Source: Schizochytrium sp. TIO01 (taxonomy: Eukaryota > Protista > Bigyra: Labyrinthulomycetes). From it: a stretch of DNA of 64,000 nt. A program made the translations under genes and the position numbers. Location of the stretch: positions 1,736,001 to 1,800,000 of the forward strand of contig SMSO01000032.1 in NCBI GenBank assembly GCA_004764695.1, written 5' to 3'. Of the stretch, positions 36,264-46,749 are shown piece after piece (position 1 is the first letter of the stretch; every line of letters begins with the position of its first letter). Below the pieces are notes generated by a model that saw nothing but the letters and a program-made list of their open reading frames with translations, had not been told where the DNA came from and did not search any database.

Positions 36264-38060
36264 TTAAGAGTCGACAGAACCAGTACGACGCCTCTTAGCA
36301 TCGTTGTGCTCAGCTGCTGAGTTCGAAGCTTTGCCAGCAATGTCAATCGACTCCTGGTCGTAGCAGTTGCGCTCAGATGGCTTCTTATAAGGAAAACCTA
36401 GCCATCGAAATACATCCTGTTCTGTTCTACAGTGACTTGCTACGGGTATTGTGCGTTTGGCCACTCGATCTTTCCCAGCCCTAACCGCTTGAAAGATTCC
36501 CTCATCGCTCATGGAATATCCTTTTCGTTTGGCAAAGTTTCTCATGGAGCGGTTGAAATGGTCACTTCCAGTAAAGTATAACAGTGCGAATGGAAATTGA
36601 TGACGTGGATAAAATTTTATGTCAAGCCGTCGACACACTTTATAGCCGGGTAGCCTACAGATTCCCATGTAAGTTTGTTTTTGTGGAACCTGGCCTTCTT
36701 TGTTGATTGGTTGTTCCTTTACCCGACCTAAGTCAGCTTGAAGAAATCCCTTCATATGAAGAGCTGCCACAAGTTCCCGTAGTGGGGGGCATCCTGCTTG
36801 ATTAGGGGTACTAATGATAATGTCAACGTCACCTGAGGATGATTTACCACGGCGGTACGAACCACATATTTCTGAAATTAAGGCCTTTTCAGGCCAAATT
36901 TCATCTGCAGTCACACGTACAAAGTGTCCAATTGCATCAACTTCCGCCCGTGGGATGCGCTCTTGAATGTCGTCCAGGTACTGGAGTCCAATCTGTTGGA
37001 TTGGATTCAGAACAGATGGATTCGCACGAAGATCAGCGATTGAGTGAAAACCCTTTTTGTATAATTCAGCAGCTACAGAGGTACCAATGCCATGAACCTT
37101 TTGCAGATCTCGAACGGCAAGTGCAAGCTCCGATTTCCAAACCTCTTCCGCACGGCGGATGTGGCCTGTCTGGAGGGCTTCGTCTATCATTTTCAATATT
37201 TTCCCGCCCATCCCCTTGTAACTGCGCAGCTGGTCCGAAGAGGTTACCTCAAATGTGAGTGATCGTAGTATGTCTACAGCCTTTTTGAATGATACCTTGC
37301 GCCATTCTTCGCCGGTGATGTCATAATACTCAACAAGTGGCTCTAGAGCGGAAGTCAACCTTTCATTCATGTTTGGGCGAATAGCTTCTGTGCCTGATTT
37401 AAAGCACGCATAAGCTTGCCGCATGTCATAGCGCTTCGCAGCCGAGCTATGCTGCTCGTCGGAAGCTGAGTTGCTGTTAGCACCACCACCTGTGTCATGT
37501 TTTGGTATTTCAGAGGGGGGGAACTCCGCAAGCCCCAAATATTTGCCGCGGATTAGAAAATTAGAACATTTCTTTTCATAAGCTTTTGGTATATGAGCTT
37601 TCCAGTCCTTTGAATTCTCTCCTACTGAGGTCGCGTCTTCGGCCTGTTGACCTTGGGCTCCAAGTCTCAATTCAACCCATGCTCGAAATCCTGCACTGGA
37701 ATTAGAAGCGTCTGACCCTGCTAAGGCGAGCTCATGCTGCGCCTTGCGACGGCGCCAGTCCATGGATTCTGTGATCTCATCAGGAGGTTTTTGCTTGCTT
37801 GCAAGTTGTGTGAGCCATTCTGGTGTTACGATTAGTTTGCTATCTAAATTGATTGCAGATTCCTCGCTCTCACCTGAGGTTTCCAAAGCCCAAGCGCGTA
37901 TGTCCTCCATTTCAAGGTGCAACGAGGCCACAATATGCGTCACATCGCCTTCGAGCTTGTCAGTGCTCGGAATCTTCAGGCTTTGAAGCTTTTGTAAACA
38001 AAGGCGAACATAGCCTGCAAGCATGTCCCTGCCCTTCGGAAGAAGGGCAACCTTGATCAT
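36264..38060 (-). CDS. POLL: Family X DNA polymerase, lambda-like, with BRCT-like N-terminus
   Basis: GSYRRGK..SGDVDII, RRLDIK, ALLYFTGSDHFNRSMR, HhH VHGIG, TEQDVF..LG.PY..P.ER; BRCT-like VTHIV and IVTPEWL. Confidence 0.93.
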   Translation of the reverse strand: MIKVALLPKGRDMLAGYVRLCLQKLQSLKIPSTDKLEGDVTHIVASLHLEMEDIRAWALETSGESEESAINLDSKLIVTPEWLTQLASKQKPPDEITESMDWRRRKAQHELALAGSDASNSSAGFRAWVELRLGAQGQQAEDATSVGENSKDWKAHIPKAYEKKCSNFLIRGKYLGLAEFPPSEIPKHDTGGGANSNSASDEQHSSAAKRYDMRQAYACFKSGTEAIRPNMNERLTSALEPLVEYYDITGEEWRKVSFKKAVDILRSLTFEVTSSDQLRSYKGMGGKILKMIDEALQTGHIRRAEEVWKSELALAVRDLQKVHGIGTSVAAELYKKGFHSIADLRANPSVLNPIQQIGLQYLDDIQERIPRAEVDAIGHFVRVTADEIWPEKALISEICGSYRRGKSSSGDVDIIISTPNQAGCPPLRELVAALHMKGFLQADLGRVKEQPINKEGQVPQKQTYMGICRLPGYKVCRRLDIKFYPRHQFPFALLYFTGSDHFNRSMRNFAKRKGYSMSDEGIFQAVRAGKDRVAKRTIPVASHCRTEQDVFRWLGFPYKKPSERNCYDQESIDIAGKASNSAAEHNDAKRRRTGSVDS

Positions 38061-38606
38061 GATGCGCTGCTTGCTCGGCTTCAGCTACAACGTGCAACAC
38101 TAATAACAAAACCTTTCGTGCAGTCTTTTCATGGGAGTATTATCTACGCAGATCCCCTTCGTGGATGAGTTGGTTTGATTGATTTCCTTCGTACAACGTC
38201 AACTCGCTCCACTTGGTTCGGCCGCTCTTAAGGAGCGCACCTCGCGGCTCTGCTGTCGTGAAGAGTATCGAGGAAAACAACGAAGCTTGCGGAACCCGCT
38301 TATTCACTATTTGCAGATGTGAACTTGAAGTAGGAAATCACTTCAAGTTACAGAGTAAAATCTCTAACTTGCACAGAGTTCTATCCGCTGCCCAGTAATC
38401 TCGAGAATTGAGCTCAGGTTGCCGGAAAGAAAACTAGTTCAGATCAGACCTTCCTCATACCGCGCATGATGGCTATGTTTTCTTTCAACATTCATGGCTG
38501 ATGATCATGTGTGATTACTATTTTATTTTTAAATGTTATCATAATTATCATAATACCCCCAAAAAAGAAAGAAAAAAAAGACACACAAGGTTAAGTGCAC
38601 TGGTAG

Positions 38607-38615
38607 AAAAAAAAA
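38607..38615 (-). terminator. RNA polymerase III oligo-dT terminator
   Basis: Run of 9 T on the minus strand, one base after the tRNA discriminator. Confidence 0.8.
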
Positions 38616-38616
38616 C

Positions 38617-38688
38617 TGACCCTGGCCGGACTCGAACCGACAATTTCCACCTTAGGAGGGTGGCGAATTTCCATTATTCCACAAGGTC
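38617..38688 (-). tRNA. tRNA-Arg (anticodon CCU), downstream copy
   Basis: GACCTTG TG GAAT AATGGAA ATTC G CCACC CTCCTAA GGTGG AAATT GTCGG TTCGAGT CCGGC CAGGGTC A folds into a cloverleaf; a T9 Pol III terminator follows. Confidence 0.96.
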
Positions 38689-38790
38689 TGGCTATTTGAT
38701 TAGAGAAGGCTTGGCGAAGTATATAAACCTTCCGGGGGCCGGGTTGGCCTACATGTAATGGTTGGTTACAGAAGCGCGAAAGAGAACAAA

Positions 38791-38862
38791 TGACCCTGGC
38801 CGGACTCGAACCGACAATTTCCACCTTAGGAGGGTGGCGAATTTCCATTATTCCACAAGGTC
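38791..38862 (-). tRNA. tRNA-Arg (anticodon CCU), upstream copy, identical 72 nt
   Basis: Exact duplicate of 38617-38688. Confidence 0.96.
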
Positions 38863-39139
38863 ATGTGACTTGTTTGTCGCTGTAGTTTCTGTGGCTGTAA
38901 ATAACTTTCTAGTTGAGTGAAATAGCTGCATGCAGGCTCACGAGAAATAATCTTATTGAAAAGGAGAATATTGGACAACCAAGCGAAGCCAGAAGATGTG
39001 CATAAAATGTATGATTGGAATCGAGATGCATGAGGGAAACTGAACATCAACAGAAAATACTCGAATGGTGAGAATAGTGACCTAATTATACAATATTGAG
39101 CTAAAAGAAGGGTTTACTAGAAGTCTCATCTGTGAACTT

Positions 39140-40528
39140 TTACGATGATACGCTAGCAGGCACCGGAGGAGAAGTCTGGTGACCAACCTCAGCAGCAGTG
39201 GAAGCCTCGCTTTCATCTGGAACCTCAACATTCTTTGATGACTTAGTAGTAGGTGCCAAGCCATGAACTTGGGTACACACTTGCTCGGGTGTAGTTGAAG
39301 TAGCAATCTGCTTGAAAAAATGCTCATCGCGCTTCACGAAATTATTCTGAGCATCAAGAACGATATGGACGGTACAAGATGACTGCGAGTTCGTGTTTTT
39401 AATTGTGATTGTCATCGATCCTCCAGTTTGGGGAACAAGAAACAACGTTTTCGAGCCCCTCGGACCAGGATTCAATTTTTCAGAGGCAATCGTCATGTCA
39501 CCAACTTTAACGACAACTGATAAAAGTGTGTTTGCATCAGAAGATGTATATGAAACATCAATAGAGCAGAACTTATTCGCTGAGACAGGTGCAGCTGTCT
39601 CGACAGATGACTCAGCTCCCACTTCAATTGTCTTCACGGCAGAACGCTCGGAGAATGGCAACAAACTGGCTGGGCAGTCTTCAGCAGGCCTTTTACCTCC
39701 CATGTATTCGGGGACTTGGTCATAAGCTCCCCACTGTTTGAGGAAAGGGCACTCTTCGCCACCGCGGCCTGGGCACAGGCGCTGTTTCTCAACAGCACGC
39801 TTATTCTGTAACTTGTTGACCATGCGGATGAGAAAGCGTACTGCCGAGGGAAGGCCAATGAGGGCTTGTAAGCCGAGTAGCTGCGGATACACAGTTTGGC
39901 TAATATGAGAACTCTTACCAAGGGCTTGAATAAACCTCGTGTCGAATCTAGACATGGAAAAACCTGAAGCTTCAACTGCAGTGATCATTTTGATTATTTT
40001 CCCAGATGAGCGAGTACGTGCGTCGCATAGCTGGAACCCAATCTCGTTCGAAAGAACAAGTCCTAGCTTGACATCTTCAACAGATAGCTCTTGCATCAAG
40101 TTTTTAGCGTCGCTAGCTCCTGAACGGACAATAAAAAGAGGGTGCTGATCTGCACCAAGTGCGCCGCAAAATCCGACGCATTGGCTGCGCGCCATGACGC
40201 TTTGGATTTCATGACCAGTGAAAACTGCCTTACGAAGGTCGGCGAGATGCTCCTTGCGAAACTTGAGTGCCTCTCGAACCTCCTTGGCGGCCTTGTCAAC
40301 ATGTCCATCAGCCGACAAGATAAACCTCAGCAGGAAGAGGTCGTCAGTTGGCGTGCCAACATCTCCAGCCTTTTCAATATCCTGGGCGACTTCCTTGCGC
40401 AGCTCCTCAAGCTCTTCTGCAGCTTTGGATTTCCACTCCTCCACGCTGTCGCCAAGCTCCACGACCCACGATTTCTTACTGTGGCCCTTGTCGCCCTTGC
40501 GCTTTCCTGGGAGTCTCATGGACACCAT
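39140..40528 (-). CDS. Sec14/CRAL-TRIO lipid-binding protein with beta-rich (GOLD-like) C-terminal domain
   Basis: CRAL-TRIO N motif TDDLFLLRFI.....VDKA....REALKFRKE; HPLFIVRSG; YPQLLG; QVPEYMGG; followed by a beta-strand-rich segment. Confidence 0.87.
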   Translation of the reverse strand: MVSMRLPGKRKGDKGHSKKSWVVELGDSVEEWKSKAAEELEELRKEVAQDIEKAGDVGTPTDDLFLLRFILSADGHVDKAAKEVREALKFRKEHLADLRKAVFTGHEIQSVMARSQCVGFCGALGADQHPLFIVRSGASDAKNLMQELSVEDVKLGLVLSNEIGFQLCDARTRSSGKIIKMITAVEASGFSMSRFDTRFIQALGKSSHISQTVYPQLLGLQALIGLPSAVRFLIRMVNKLQNKRAVEKQRLCPGRGGEECPFLKQWGAYDQVPEYMGGKRPAEDCPASLLPFSERSAVKTIEVGAESSVETAAPVSANKFCSIDVSYTSSDANTLLSVVVKVGDMTIASEKLNPGPRGSKTLFLVPQTGGSMTITIKNTNSQSSCTVHIVLDAQNNFVKRDEHFFKQIATSTTPEQVCTQVHGLAPTTKSSKNVEVPDESEASTAAEVGHQTSPPVPASVSS

Positions 40529-41023
40529 CGTTCTTGTAGTAACTAGGTCTCCGTCCGGTTGACAGACTCTGAAACTCCAAAAGTTGATCTCGGATTAGTT
40601 TAGTTGCACTGAGTACCCAAGCCAAGGTTGTAGAGCGTCACAGGGGGTAACAATTTCAAGCCAATGCTCAAACCTATTTCGTCTTTGGAGCGTGTGAATT
40701 GAGATCTGCTCTCGAGGTCTAATAAGAAAGCTCCAGACTAGAGAAGACCTTATGCCAAGACTTTTTGCTAATGCGGGTTACTTTGTTTTGGAACTGGCTG
40801 TTGATGGAGGAATGTTCCGCCGAAGAACTTGCCTCAAGAGCTCTATTGCAAGCGAAATTCAAGTCTGTAATACCCGAAAGCGCCCTGACACTCTCAGCTT
40901 CGAGGCCTTCTTTGCTCCTCCAAGCGCCTTTAACACTTGCCTACGCATTTTGCATAGGGGGTACTAGTGCCAAATGGAACTCCATCTTAGAAGCACTTAC
41001 ACCCTAATCATTGTCTATTTAAC

Positions 41024-41505
41024 TAGCTAGCTAGCTAGCTAGCGTGATAATTTATCTGTCGATTGATTTCTTTCGAGACATTCATTGTTCACTCCTTTAT
41101 TCCTCCTTTCACCCGAGTTTATGCACTCCTTCGATCTCCAGTTTATGCGATTACAAAGAAACAAAAGCAATGACCCATAAATCTGCTCGAGGTTCTCGAA
41201 GACCATTTACTAGCGTTCATAAACCCGATTCTTTTAAGCCATATTTTAGAGTCCATCCGACCGAAACACTCGCTTCATTCCTGCCTGACTGTGCCACTGC
41301 TTCGAGGAGACAGATGCACAGATGACGGCCTCAGCCACGGCCATCGCCATCGTCTTGGTTTCGTGAGGCCTGGTTTTATGTCATCGCCACAGTCCTCCTC
41401 AGTCCGAAGGCCTCGAGGCTCCGGAAACTCGACGAGTTAGTTTATGTATGTATGAGTGAATGAATGAATGAATGAATGAATGAATGATGAATGAATGAAT
41501 GAATG
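41024..41505. repeat. (TAGC)n at ~41024-41043 and (GAAT)n at ~41457-41505
   Basis: Directly visible. Confidence 0.85.
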
Positions 41506-43781
41506 CATACTTTACAATCTACGAAACTAAGCAGTTCTCGTTATCCAGCAAGCAAACAGTGATACGATCTAGTCATGAGACTGCGCGGAAGGACTGGTCA
41601 ACAGCCGGAGCCTGCTTCAGGTGGGAGTAGAAGAGGTCGGTTGGAGTAGAAGAAAATGAACGGGAAGACGACCGACTTGGAACGTATCAGCAGTCAATGC
41701 AACCTAACTGGTTGGTCAGTGCGTGAGCGAAATGAATGAAAGATGCCCACGCAATAGGGGAACTCAGTAATTGAAAGCTGCGAATGGCAATTCTATTCTA
41801 TCCAAGATTTTTATTATTTGCTATTATTACCTTAAATAATTAATTATAAAATTAGTTTTAAATTGTTCATTTATTTGGTTGTTAATTAATTAATTAATTA
41901 TTTATTTATCTAATGGAAAGAAAAGGTCGAAAGAGGCGGCATATCTGGAAAAGTAGGAGTGCGTTGGCAAAACCGATGCCTGCTCTATGGATATCAAAAG
42001 TGCCGATGGAGACTTGAACTTTCGAACTGATTCAAGCTTCAAGCAAGCAAAAATACGCAAGCCCATGATACTGGTGGAGGTCTTGGCAGAGGCTGGCAAC
42101 GTGGAGGGCTGGCGTCATGAGGGCAGCCTGAAAAGAAAAATCTCACGCAAGCAGCCACGGTTGGCAATGCTGGGTCGGTGGTTGCCTTTGACTCTGTTCT
42201 CTGTTCGCGGCTCTGGCTTGAAAGTTCTTACTATGCCAAATAGTAGGCAACAGCTAGCAGTTCTAGTTTTCACTAGAATAAATCGTACAAGCAAAAGACT
42301 GTGGGAGGTGGGAGGCCCCGCAGATAGATATAAGGCGTAGAGAGGAGTGCAGCAAGCAAAAAGCAATTACGAAGTAGCTTCGGTTTGGAATTCATGCTGG
42401 TAGAATTGGAGACTTAAAACGGCAATGTCACAGTCAGGAAAATGGAACCGAAAGTATGACATATACAACTATGATAGCCTAGAGGTGTGGAATAATTTCC
42501 TCTTCTTCTCAATCCTCCTTTGACCCTTACATGGGCCCTTTTTCATGTCAATTTAAAGCAAAATTCCAATTCTTCAATTCACGTCTGGCAGGAATGTAAA
42601 ATTTAGCAGAAATAAAGAAGAGTTAAGAGCATCTACCACGTCAAAGGCTGCATATGGAACAGTGCACACCAAACTCATGTTGGGTTATCCATATTTAAAT
42701 GAAACACCTTCTTATTAGCACGAGTTCATATACTTGGGTATTTGATTTGGACACCAGAACAGTCCGAGAATTCATTGCCTGTTTCATAATTTTTATTCTT
42801 TAAATGCATACAAGCAAGATTCTTCAATCTCAAGTGTATCTCAATCGCTCGATTTTAGCCCCAGATATCTCTCGCTACAAGTATCGCTTGATATCCAAAA
42901 GTGCTAACAGAGTATACTATGTAGTAACTACTAAACTAGATTCTCATAAAGTGGTCCATCATGATGCGATCAATGTATTCTCAAAGGTGACCAAGAACTA
43001 ACATCAAATAGGCCCGGTACTGGATGCCAATAATCTTACGTAGAAGGGGGGTGGGGGGTACAACATTTTGACTTGCTAAGTGCTAAACCTGGCTCACCAT
43101 CAAACTAAAGAATATCAGTGTTTTCAAACGCTTGTACAACCTCATGAGGCACACCTTAGAATGATACCCAGTGGGTCACCCACCTAATACTCTCATTATT
43201 AACTTTGAGAAATCATGAAGGGCGCCAAAACATGAACGCCGCTGGATTCCATAGAATTTACTTCGATTCTGAAGTATGAGGCTTGATCAAAGGTGAGACA
43301 AGCAGACGGGGCAGACATACCGCTTCCCACTCTGATTCTGCCAAGTTCTCTCTCGGTTCCCTATTATAATCTTCAACTATTGTTCCACAGCTATTCAGTC
43401 TGCTGCAGGAATCAATGATTAGATGGCGAGGCTGAGCTACGCAGAATCTGCCTTGTGGTTAAATCAGGAAATGCGATGCGCACGATGTAGTAGACTGCAG
43501 AGCCGAGCTGATAGTTTATATAAATAGATACTACTGGATATTTAGTAATGTTAAGAAACACATTTAGTAAATATTACATACAAACACGCAAACACGATTA
43601 CTGCGCCTGCTTGAACCCGGAGCTGGTTCCTGCATGAAGGGACACGAGTGGCTAACTTGGAGTCCAGCTTTGTCCATCGCGTGGGGCCTGCCCTCTGCAG
43701 GTACTTATTCCTTCATCTTCATCTTCGCAACAGCAACGCGGCGAATCTTTTCAGAGGATCTCGAACTTGTTGCAGAGTACC

Positions 43782-46100
43782 ATGAGCGGCGGCCTCGATG
43801 TGACGCTCGGTCTATACAATACACTTTCCTCGGATGACTCCCCACTACGAGGACGTGACAAGGCTCTTGTGCCGCTTCTCACTGCAATCTCACATATATT
43901 CTCAGATTTTGCACCTGAAGAATTCGTAGGAGCAAGTCTTGTGGCCGTCGCGGTAATCATAGCTACATTTGCAAGTCAGTGCGGTGCCCGTGGAGGTTCG
44001 GTGCGGCGTGGAGGTTTTAGCCTCGCTATTCTCTCTCTCGTGCTTGGTATATTCAGCTTTGAGGTGCTAAAAGTTCCCATGCTGGATCAGGACCCAGAAC
44101 TCTACGACGCTCTTCCGCTGGGAATTTCTCCCAAAGTTCCTGGTATCGGTAGCCACTTGGAGTGCGACGGTGACACGTTTAAGGATGCTTATGGGAGAGT
44201 GCTCTTACTTCGTGGCGTGAACCTTGGTGGCGACACTAAAATTCCAACTTTCCCAGAAGGATCAACGTGGCGTCCTGACAGTTTCGGTGATGCAAAGACT
44301 GTATCTTTCATTGGCAGGCCCTTTCCTCTCAGCGAGGCAGATGAACACCTTGCGAGACTCCGGTCATGGGGATTTAACTTTCTTCGCTTCCTTGTGACAT
44401 GGGAAGCCATTGAGCATGAGGGCCCTGGCATATACGATACGGACTATCTCGAGTATCTCCAAGCTGTTGTTCGCAAGTGCGCTGAGCATGAAATCTCTGT
44501 CTTCATTGATCCTCACCAAGATGTTTGGTCTCGCTGGACAGGTGGTGATGGCGCCCCTGTCTGGACTCTAGATATGCTTGGATTTAATGTCTCTAGTCTT
44601 TCGGATTCAGCCGCAGCATTCACCCATCAGGAATTCGGAGACCCCTATCCACGCATGATTTGGCCAACAAATTATAATCGTCTTGCTACTGCAACAATGT
44701 TCACCCTATTTTTTGCTGGAAATACATATGCCCCTAACACCAAAGTAGGTGGGGTTTCTGCACAAGAATTTCTTCAAGGGCATTACATTAAGGCTATAGC
44801 TGAAGTTGCAAAATATCTCAAAGATGAGCCTAATGTCCTTGGTTACGACACTTTGAATGAACCTTCCAATGGCTACGTTGGTCTAGATAGCTTGTACCAT
44901 GCGTTGTTTCCTGCACCATTGGGATGGTTTATGAGCGCCTTAGATGGCATGCGCCTTGGTGCAGGCGAGACCGTCAGTGTACCACGTTTTACGGCTCCAC
45001 TTCTTTTCAATGGAACCGAGAAGCTCAACGTGAAGGGTCAACTTGCATGGAAGTCCCTTAAACAAGATATTTGGCAAAACGAAGGAGTTTGGAAAGCAGC
45101 AACGGACAAGGACCGTGCAAAAGTACTGAAGCCATCTCACTTCGCTTTGAATGCCGAAGGCAAGCCTGTCAACTTCATGCGAGATTTCATGGCTCCCTTC
45201 TTCGATCGCTTTCGTGAAGCAATTCATAAACATCACCCATCAGCAGTAATTTTTGCAGAGGGCTTTATAGATCCCAACAAACCTGCCCACGATCCTGCGC
45301 CGACAAATATGAATGGCGGTCCAAAGGTAGCTTGGGCGCCACATTTTTACGACGGTCTCACGCTGATTCTCAAACGTTTTCGTCCTTGGGTTGCTTTAGA
45401 TTTACACACTGAGAGCCCTGTTTTCGGTAAGGAGGCAGCCGATTTAGCCATTTCAAAGAACCTTGCAAAGGTTCGTGATAGTGCAGTTAGTCTAGCTGGT
45501 CAGGCTAAAGGCGCCCCTGTCATTGTTGGGGAGGTTGGCATTCCGATGGACCTTGAACGAGACGAAAATGGTGTGGCCGATGCTTACAAAACAGGTGACT
45601 ACTCAGCTCAAATCCAAGCTTTGGATCGTACTATGCGTGGTCTTGAAGACAACCTGCTCTCGTTTACACTATGGAATTATGCCACTACAAATAGCCATGA
45701 ACGTGGTGACCAATGGAATGGGGAAGATCTTTCTCTATTTTCTCGTGATGATCAAAAGGTTTCTGCTGACCAAGACCTCCATAGTGGCGGTCGTGCACTC
45801 CAAGCTGCTGTTCGACCTTACCCAATGAAAATATGCGGAACTCCTTTGTATTTGCACTTTGATCCCCTTTCGTCTACTCGTCGCTTTGAGTTTACATTTG
45901 CACCTGGTGAGTGTAAAGAAGATGCCCCGACGGTGATTTTTGTTCCAAGTTACCAGTATCCACTAGGATTTGAGTTTAAGTCATCATCATCACAAGGCAC
46001 TGCAGAGATTGACCAAAAAAATCATGTCATTCTGTTTTCACATCCCTCTACAACGCAAAAGGTAACTCTCACCATTGAGTCATCCAAGCCATTCTTTTAA
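43782..46100 (+). CDS. GH5 endoglycoceramidase-related glycosidase (EGCrP / steryl-beta-glucosidase-like) with N-terminal hydrophobic helices
   Basis: GRVLLLRGVNLGG..K.P, SFIGRPFPL.EA.EHL.RL..WG, TWEAIEHEGPGIYD, DPHQDVWSR..GGDGAP, acid/base NEP, nucleophile GEVGIP, GDQWNGEDLS, RPYP. Confidence 0.92.
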   Translation: MSGGLDVTLGLYNTLSSDDSPLRGRDKALVPLLTAISHIFSDFAPEEFVGASLVAVAVIIATFASQCGARGGSVRRGGFSLAILSLVLGIFSFEVLKVPMLDQDPELYDALPLGISPKVPGIGSHLECDGDTFKDAYGRVLLLRGVNLGGDTKIPTFPEGSTWRPDSFGDAKTVSFIGRPFPLSEADEHLARLRSWGFNFLRFLVTWEAIEHEGPGIYDTDYLEYLQAVVRKCAEHEISVFIDPHQDVWSRWTGGDGAPVWTLDMLGFNVSSLSDSAAAFTHQEFGDPYPRMIWPTNYNRLATATMFTLFFAGNTYAPNTKVGGVSAQEFLQGHYIKAIAEVAKYLKDEPNVLGYDTLNEPSNGYVGLDSLYHALFPAPLGWFMSALDGMRLGAGETVSVPRFTAPLLFNGTEKLNVKGQLAWKSLKQDIWQNEGVWKAATDKDRAKVLKPSHFALNAEGKPVNFMRDFMAPFFDRFREAIHKHHPSAVIFAEGFIDPNKPAHDPAPTNMNGGPKVAWAPHFYDGLTLILKRFRPWVALDLHTESPVFGKEAADLAISKNLAKVRDSAVSLAGQAKGAPVIVGEVGIPMDLERDENGVADAYKTGDYSAQIQALDRTMRGLEDNLLSFTLWNYATTNSHERGDQWNGEDLSLFSRDDQKVSADQDLHSGGRALQAAVRPYPMKICGTPLYLHFDPLSSTRRFEFTFAPGECKEDAPTVIFVPSYQYPLGFEFKSSSSQGTAEIDQKNHVILFSHPSTTQKVTLTIESSKPFF

Positions 46101-46749
46101 GTAAAATCAATATTTTAAACCTAGACCCTGAGAACCAAGAGTCCGATTCATTGCCAAGGTCATGTTCAAACATTAAAAAAAAGAATTGCTAGTTTCACAA
46201 ATATGTATCAAAAGTTTTTCTTCTTCGGTTTTTCCTATCTTCGAGGAATCTCAAAACATACAAGCGTTTCTTTCGACTTGAATCTATGTCTAAAAAGAGA
46301 GTTGTGGATAGCATTTGTCAAGTGAGAGTAGCGAAGTTTAAAAATAAAGTTATGAGGACGATTCTACTAACACTTGTGCTTCTACCTGATTAGTGGAGTT
46401 GTCCAGTATAGCTTCTCACCTGCAAGATTTATACATATTTTAATGTGGTACCTAGGTGCTTAGCAAAAAATCATATAAAAGTTAAGCACTAATAGTTATC
46501 AACCTGGTCAGGTTTCGTTTGGCATACATGGGATTAGGATACCAATTATTTTCCTTGAAGCACTGTCATAAAAACGAAAACCTACTATACTATTGGAAAT
46601 ACTTGAAGCTTTTTAATTTAATTTTATTTTTTCCAGCGATGAAATGGCGACCTTTACAAGGGACGGGACAGTTAGAGAAATTAAGAAGGGCAGATCGTGA
46701 TCGCAACCCAGTCCCTCCCCAAGCTCTCTCAAGTCTCTTTATTAAGTCG

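Noticed and set aside
38591-38848. ORF with duplicated MEIRHPPKVEIVGSSPARV peptide
   Set aside because: It is the translation of the two tRNA genes.
42720-42745. EFIYLGI resembling an RT thumb motif
   Set aside because: Isolated short match, on the opposite strand to the other RT-like fragment.
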